From assembly GCA_025656375.1 (NCBI GenBank), contig JAHXHU010000228.1, positions 1 to 46,619 on the forward strand: 46,619 nt of DNA. The letters are read 5' to 3'. This stretch comes from Candidatus Thiodiazotropha sp. (ex Ustalcina ferruginea). GTDB taxonomy: Bacteria; Pseudomonadota; Gammaproteobacteria; Chromatiales; Chromatiaceae. A program made the position numbers and the translations under genes. The stretch's first letter is position 1, and every line of letters begins with the position of its first letter. The notes beneath the pieces are model-generated. The model did no database searches and was not told where the DNA came from. It worked only from the letters and a program-made list of their open reading frames with translations. This document shows positions 41,379 to 46,619 of this stretch, piece after piece.

Positions 41379-44099
41379 ATGATGACAACTACACTTATCG
41401 TTGTCCTCTCACTTGGCTATTTGGGCATGCTGTTCGCAATCGCCTACTGGGCAGACCGACGCGCCGATCAAAACCGTTCAGTCATTTCCAATGCCACGAT
41501 CTATGCACTTTCCCTAGCTGTGTACTGTACGGCATGGACTTTTTATGGCAGCGTTGGCCGGGCAGCGGCGACTGGAGTCGGGTTTCTTCCTATCTATTTG
41601 GGACCGACCCTGATAGCAGCGCTTTGGGGTACTCTGCTGTTGAAGATGGTGCGTGTCAGCAAAGGTCAGCGTATTACCTCTATTGCCGACTTCATTGCTT
41701 CGCGGTACGGAAAAAGTCATCTGTTGGGTGGCATAGTGACGATTATCGCCGTATTGGGCATAGTCCCCTATATCGCCCTGCAATTGAAGGCGATCTCACG
41801 TAGCTTTACGATACTTCTGACCTACCCGGAAGTCACCATGCCGAATGCCGCCGACTCCCTGCCTCTGTTACAGGATACTACGCTGTATGTTGCATTGTTG
41901 TTGGCACTGTTCACTATTCTGTTTGGAACCCGTCACCTGGATGCCAGTGAGCGTCACGAAGGTATGGTGGCAGCTATCGCATTTGAGTCCATTGTTAAAC
42001 TGGTCGCCTTTCTTGCGGTGGGGTTGTTCGTAACCTTTCAATTGCACGATGGATTCACTGATCTGTTTGACAAGGCTGAAGCGGCGGGCATACTCAATCC
42101 ACTGATTGTGGATGGTATGGATGGGTATGAAAACTGGTTTTCACTGACCCTGTTATCAGCACTTGCGATCATGATGTTACCACGCCAATTCCAGGTTGCG
42201 GTCGTTGAGAATAGTAGCGAACACCACTTGCGGCGAGCCATATGGCTGTTTCCGCTCTATCTGTTTCTGATCAATATCTTTGTCATTCCGATTGCACTTG
42301 CCGGCCAATTGACCTTTGCCGGAGCTGATGTGGATGCTGACACATTCGTTCTGACTCTGCCCATGGCCTATCATCAGAGCACGCTGACGCTGCTTGCCTT
42401 TCTTGGCGGGTTGTCAGCTGCAACCGGAATGGTGATTGTCGAGACCATCGCATTGTCTACGATGGTCTGCAATGATCTGGTCATGCCTGGACTGTTAAGA
42501 CGTTGGAAGCAGATCCCTCCAAATGCCGATCTGAGCCAGTTACTGTTACGGATACGACGTGGCGCCATTCTCCTCATCCTGTTACTGGGCTTCTTATATT
42601 TTCGTCTTGCCGGTGAGGCCTATGCGTTGGTCAGCATCGGACTGATCAGTTTTTCCGCAGTCGCTCAATTCGCCCCTGCAATGATCATCGGTCTCTATTG
42701 GCGGGGTGGCACCCGTGACGGCACCCTGGCTGGACTATTGACAGGCTTTAGCATATGGATCTATACCTTGTTGCTGCCATCGTTTGCCAAGTCGGGTTGG
42801 TTACCGGTGGGTCTGCTGGAAGACGGACCTTTCGGCATCGAGTTATTGAAACCGCAGGCCCTGTTTGGCTTGACAGGACTGAATGAGATCACTCACTGCC
42901 TGTTCTGGAGCATGACCCTCAATATCGGTACCTATATTTTGTTTTCGTTCTGGCGAACCCCAAGGGTGAATGAAGCCACACAGGCCACACTGTTCGTTGA
43001 TGCCTTGAAGCATCAACGTTTCCTGGGTGTAGGATTATGGCGGGGTACAGCAGAGATTGATGAATTACTCCACCTTGCAGAACGGTTCTTGGGTGCCAGT
43101 CGGGCTCAAGCGTTATTTCAGGCCTATGCGACTCGCCGCAAGATCCAGGATATCAAGCAGCTGCCGGCAGACGCCGAGACTGTCCATTTCGCCGAAACCT
43201 TGCTGGCTGGCGCAATTGGCAGTGCATCCGCCCGTGTCATGGTCTCATCGGTTACCGCTGAAGAACCATTGGGCATGGATGAGGTACTTAATATTCTGGA
43301 TGAGGCATCGCAGATTCGTGCCTATAGTCATGAACTGGAAAAGAAATCACAGGAATTGGAGGCAGCCACCCGCGAACTGAAGGAGGCCAATGAGCGCTTG
43401 CAAGAGCTTGACCGGGTAAAGGACGATTTCATGTCATCTGTTACTCACGAACTACGGACCCCGCTTGCATCGATCCGCGCATTTTCTGAAATTTTGAATG
43501 ATGACCCGGAAATCGAGCTCATTGAGCGACGACGTTTTCTGGGAATCATCGTGAGTGAGACTAAACGTCTATCGCGACTGGTCAACCAAGTGTTGGATCT
43601 TGCCAAGATAGAGTCCGGACGTGCTGACTGGAATGCGGAGGATGTGGATCTGTTGGAAGTTATCGAGCAGGCGCTGGCCTCCACTGAACAGCTGTTTGCA
43701 GAGCGTGGAACACAGGTTGTTCGTGAGACGCCCAACGGCGCATGCATGGTAACAGGCGACAGGGACCGACTAATGCAGGTCCTGGTCAACCTGCTGTCGA
43801 ACGCCAATAAATTTGTTACGGAGAAGTCTGGCATCGTTTGTGTTGGTCTGCACACCTATCATGATCGATACGAAGTCAGTGTGGCTGATAATGGCACCGG
43901 TATTGCTGCGGAAGAGCTGCCAAATATCTTCGAGAAATCCCGCCAGGCCGGTACTGCAAGCAACAAACCAATAGGCACCGGCCTGGGTTTACCTATCAGT
44001 AAAAGGATAATTGAACATCTAGGGGGCAGGATCTGGGCAGAAAGCGATGCTGAGAATGGTGCTATCTTTACCTTTGCAATACCCAAAAAAACAGAATGA
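41379..44099 (+). CDS. SLC5 (Na+/solute symporter)-STAC-histidine kinase, CrbS/CbrA-like
   Basis: YALSLAVYCTAWTFYGSVG, SIADFIASRYGKS, LPRQFQV, STAC-like RFLG...LAGAIGSASAR, THELRTPL, NLLSNA and GTGLGL. Confidence 0.92.
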   Translation: MMTTTLIVVLSLGYLGMLFAIAYWADRRADQNRSVISNATIYALSLAVYCTAWTFYGSVGRAAATGVGFLPIYLGPTLIAALWGTLLLKMVRVSKGQRITSIADFIASRYGKSHLLGGIVTIIAVLGIVPYIALQLKAISRSFTILLTYPEVTMPNAADSLPLLQDTTLYVALLLALFTILFGTRHLDASERHEGMVAAIAFESIVKLVAFLAVGLFVTFQLHDGFTDLFDKAEAAGILNPLIVDGMDGYENWFSLTLLSALAIMMLPRQFQVAVVENSSEHHLRRAIWLFPLYLFLINIFVIPIALAGQLTFAGADVDADTFVLTLPMAYHQSTLTLLAFLGGLSAATGMVIVETIALSTMVCNDLVMPGLLRRWKQIPPNADLSQLLLRIRRGAILLILLLGFLYFRLAGEAYALVSIGLISFSAVAQFAPAMIIGLYWRGGTRDGTLAGLLTGFSIWIYTLLLPSFAKSGWLPVGLLEDGPFGIELLKPQALFGLTGLNEITHCLFWSMTLNIGTYILFSFWRTPRVNEATQATLFVDALKHQRFLGVGLWRGTAEIDELLHLAERFLGASRAQALFQAYATRRKIQDIKQLPADAETVHFAETLLAGAIGSASARVMVSSVTAEEPLGMDEVLNILDEASQIRAYSHELEKKSQELEAATRELKEANERLQELDRVKDDFMSSVTHELRTPLASIRAFSEILNDDPEIELIERRRFLGIIVSETKRLSRLVNQVLDLAKIESGRADWNAEDVDLLEVIEQALASTEQLFAERGTQVVRETPNGACMVTGDRDRLMQVLVNLLSNANKFVTEKSGIVCVGLHTYHDRYEVSVADNGTGIAAEELPNIFEKSRQAGTASNKPIGTGLGLPISKRIIEHLGGRIWAESDAENGAIFTFAIPKKTE

Positions 44100-44122
44100 C
44101 GCATTACCTCCCGGAGAGACTC

Positions 44123-44497
44123 ATGCCGAAAAAGATTCTGATCGTGGATGATGAGCCGAATATCGTACTGTCAGTGGAATATCTGATGAAGCGCGAGGGT
44201 TACCAAGTAACAACCGCCAATGATGGACAGACAGCATTGGAGTTGCTTTCCGAGACTAAGCCCGACCTATTGATTCTGGATGTCATGATGCCACGTAAAA
44301 ACGGCTTTGAGGTGTGTAGTGAGATACGTGCCGACCCAACATTATCCAGGTTACCCATACTGATGTTGAGTGCCAAAGGGCGTGAAGCGGAAATCAAGAA
44401 AGGCGTTTCATTGGGTGCTGACGCATACATCACCAAACCTTTTTCGACCCATGATCTGGTCGATATGGTCAATAAGCTACTGAAGCCACAGGACTGA
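44123..44497 (+). CDS. Single-domain response regulator (REC)
   Basis: ILIVDDE, LDVMMP, MLSA and TKPF. ATG 44123 follows GGAG. Confidence 0.92.
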   Translation: MPKKILIVDDEPNIVLSVEYLMKREGYQVTTANDGQTALELLSETKPDLLILDVMMPRKNGFEVCSEIRADPTLSRLPILMLSAKGREAEIKKGVSLGADAYITKPFSTHDLVDMVNKLLKPQD

Positions 44498-44511
44498 CTG
44501 GAGAGATTGTC

Positions 44512-46002
44512 ATGATGCCGACGCCACAACAACCTCCCAGACCACCGAAACCCCTTGCCGAGTTTCGATCCCCCTTTGCCGGTGCAGGTGTGGGTGATAT
44601 TCCGTTACGTGAGTTAACCAAAAGCGAACCCCTGATCATCGGTCCTGAAACGACTCTCCGCGATGCCCTGTTTGAACTCAACAGAGACGATATCCAGGCC
44701 GGCGTGATTGCTGAACACCGAGATAATCCATTGGGTATTGTTACATTGCGTGATTTGATCGACGCTATCACGCTGAAACGTGCTGACATGAACGAACCGG
44801 TCATCTCCTACATGACAGCTGCGCCTATTTCGCTGCCAGTCGATGCACCCGCTCATCGGGCGAAGGTTGCTTTGACACGTAGTAGATTGAGCCACCTGGT
44901 TCTGCTTGAGCCCGATGGTCGTTTATTCAATCTGTTATCCCATTCAGATCTGCCGGGGTTTCGAGAAGGAGGGGCGGAAACCCTGATTAACAGCATTGAA
45001 CATGCCGGTAATGTCGACAGCATGGCAAATGCAGCCGAAGCGATTCGGCAACGGGGTCGTGAGCTGTTTGTCAATGGCATGGCTGTCGAGGCATTGTGTC
45101 AATGGATGTCAGGACTGAATGATCTGCTCAGCATCCGTGTGATTGAACTGATCGCCGATGAATTTGACCTGCCACCTGTGTCTTGGTGTTGGATGGTATT
45201 TGGATCGGAGGGAAGACTTGAGCAGACATTTGCGACAGATCAGGACAACGGTCTGATTTTTGTGCCTGACAACGAAGAAGATACACCGCGTATCCGTGCT
45301 GCCCTGCTACCCTTTGCCAAGGCGGTTAACAAAGCACTGGACCGTTGTGGTTTCGCACTTTGTCATGGTGACATTATGGCGGGTAACCCCCAATTATGCC
45401 TGTCGGTTAGGGAATGGCGTGATCGATTTCAACATTGGTTCTCTACGCCGGATCCCGAATCCTTACTGAATGCCACAATATTTTTTGATTTTCGCCCCCT
45501 CTATGGTCAGGATGAGTTAGTAGATGAGCTGCACAATTGGTTGTTGCCGAAACCTCCCGAACATCCGCGCTTTCTTCATGCACTCGCCACAGAGGCGTTG
45601 ACCTGTTCACCTTCATTGGGTTTGTTCGGTCGGTTTACCTATGATGGCGGAAATCGTTATCCACACACCATTGACATGAAGAGACGTGGCGCACGACTGT
45701 TTATTGATGCGGCACGTATTTGGGCGCTGAAGCATGGTGTCTGGTCAACCAATACAACTGAACGTCTGCGAGCAGCTGCACCTAAGATGAATCGGTCCCC
45801 AGCAGATACAGCAGCCTCGATTGAGGCATTTGATCTGATCCAACGTGTTCGAATGCAACGACAGTTAGCGGGTGGGGATTATGATGAAATCAACCGGGTC
45901 AATCCATCCGAGTTCAGTTCTACACAACGTCTGATGATCAAGGAAGCCTTTAAGCAGGCAAAGGTCTTACAGCTTCGACTGCGCCAGGAATTTGAGCAAT
46001 AG
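44512..46002 (+). CDS. CBS pair plus DUF294/DUF294_C putative nucleotidyltransferase
   Basis: Two CBS-like repeats, FGSEGRLEQTFATDQDNGL, C.GDIMAGNP, IFFDFR, IDMK and a C-terminal helical domain. Confidence 0.88.
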   Translation: MMPTPQQPPRPPKPLAEFRSPFAGAGVGDIPLRELTKSEPLIIGPETTLRDALFELNRDDIQAGVIAEHRDNPLGIVTLRDLIDAITLKRADMNEPVISYMTAAPISLPVDAPAHRAKVALTRSRLSHLVLLEPDGRLFNLLSHSDLPGFREGGAETLINSIEHAGNVDSMANAAEAIRQRGRELFVNGMAVEALCQWMSGLNDLLSIRVIELIADEFDLPPVSWCWMVFGSEGRLEQTFATDQDNGLIFVPDNEEDTPRIRAALLPFAKAVNKALDRCGFALCHGDIMAGNPQLCLSVREWRDRFQHWFSTPDPESLLNATIFFDFRPLYGQDELVDELHNWLLPKPPEHPRFLHALATEALTCSPSLGLFGRFTYDGGNRYPHTIDMKRRGARLFIDAARIWALKHGVWSTNTTERLRAAAPKMNRSPADTAASIEAFDLIQRVRMQRQLAGGDYDEINRVNPSEFSSTQRLMIKEAFKQAKVLQLRLRQEFEQ

Positions 46003-46035
46003 TGAATCGTATATTTGACAAACCTTCGTGATTCA

Positions 46036-46590
46036 TCAGGGTTCGTGATAGACATTAGAGGTTGCCGGTAACAATAAATCTTCCAGAAAGTAAGCTGAAA
46101 GGGCAGCACGGCCACTCAGTTTTGCCTTACGATAGATAGAATGAGCTTGTTGTCTGACTGTTTTCTCGCTGACATCGCGCATGATCGCAATCTCCTTATA
46201 ACTCATCCCCTTTAATATCAACAAACCCACTTCACGTTCTGCAGCGGTTAACGCCCATTGATTGAATTGTCTGGCGATACCATGACTGAGTCCCTTGATC
46301 AGGTCACTCATACCACTTCGCCATTGCATACCTTCGACACGTGCTGTTTCAAGATCTTTAATCAGCAACATCTGTGTTTCGTGTTGAATATTGAATTGCT
46401 CGGTCAGACGCACCATACCTACAGCGACGATAACGATCAGCGTTGGTTGAATCATTTCGATGAGTATCTCACCTAGCGTCAGGTCAGGGTCCTCGAATAT
46501 TTCCAGTGCAATGAGCAATATACTACCGGCCACTGCTGTCCCATAAATACTTAACGAGAAAGGCCTGAAAACCCCCTTGTTTTGATACAA
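46036..46590 (-). CDS. LuxR-type HTH regulator with two N-terminal hydrophobic segments
   Basis: WALTAAEREVGLLILKGMSYKEIA.MR.VSEKTVRQQA.SIYRK. Start uncertain near the window edge. Confidence 0.85.
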   Translation of the reverse strand: MYQNKGVFRPFSLSIYGTAVAGSILLIALEIFEDPDLTLGEILIEMIQPTLIVIVAVGMVRLTEQFNIQHETQMLLIKDLETARVEGMQWRSGMSDLIKGLSHGIARQFNQWALTAAEREVGLLILKGMSYKEIAIMRDVSEKTVRQQAHSIYRKAKLSGRAALSAYFLEDLLLPATSNVYHEP

Positions 46591-46619
46591 TGAAATCGCG
46601 ACAAGTCATTGATCAACAA

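Noticed and set aside
1-46619. CRISPR arrays, tRNA/rRNA, transposases, integrases, phage or defence genes
   Set aside because: None recognised; identifiable genes cover almost the whole window and no regularly spaced repeats were seen.

Overview
A 46.6 kb chromosomal window from a gammaproteobacterium. The gene content (Isp-type hydrogenase, Na+-translocating oxaloacetate decarboxylase) resembles sulfur-oxidising Chromatiales/Sedimenticolaceae; this is inference, not a database result. In order: a partial REC-GGDEF-like gene and an HDOD gene; yceF(maf), then oadGAB sitting between yceF and yceD; the conserved yceD-rpmF-plsX-fabH-fabD-fabG-acpP-fabF-pabC-mltG-tmk-holB-pilZ-tatD block; a three-gene module of OprO/P-family porin, PhnD-like binding protein and membrane HAMP-PAS-GGDEF-EAL protein; a minus-strand overlapping operon of permuted NlpC/P60 hydrolase, fadE and acyl-CoA ligase; hypCABD divergent from a maturation protease and hupH-hynS-isp1-isp2-hynL (group 1e [NiFe]-hydrogenase) with an FNR-like promoter; a cytochrome b-SHP-diheme cytochrome c-PepSY cluster with a BqsRS-like two-component system; and a CrbS-like SLC5 kinase locus with a small membrane protein, a REC protein, a CBS-DUF294 nucleotidyltransferase and a membrane-anchored LuxR-type regulator. 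Five genes carry reconstructable indels (yceD, fadE, hypD, hynS, isp2), either sequencing error or real decay. I saw no rRNA, tRNA, CRISPR array or mobile element. The best candidates for a little-described system are the porin/binding protein/c-di-GMP module and the NlpC/P60-fadE-ligase operon.
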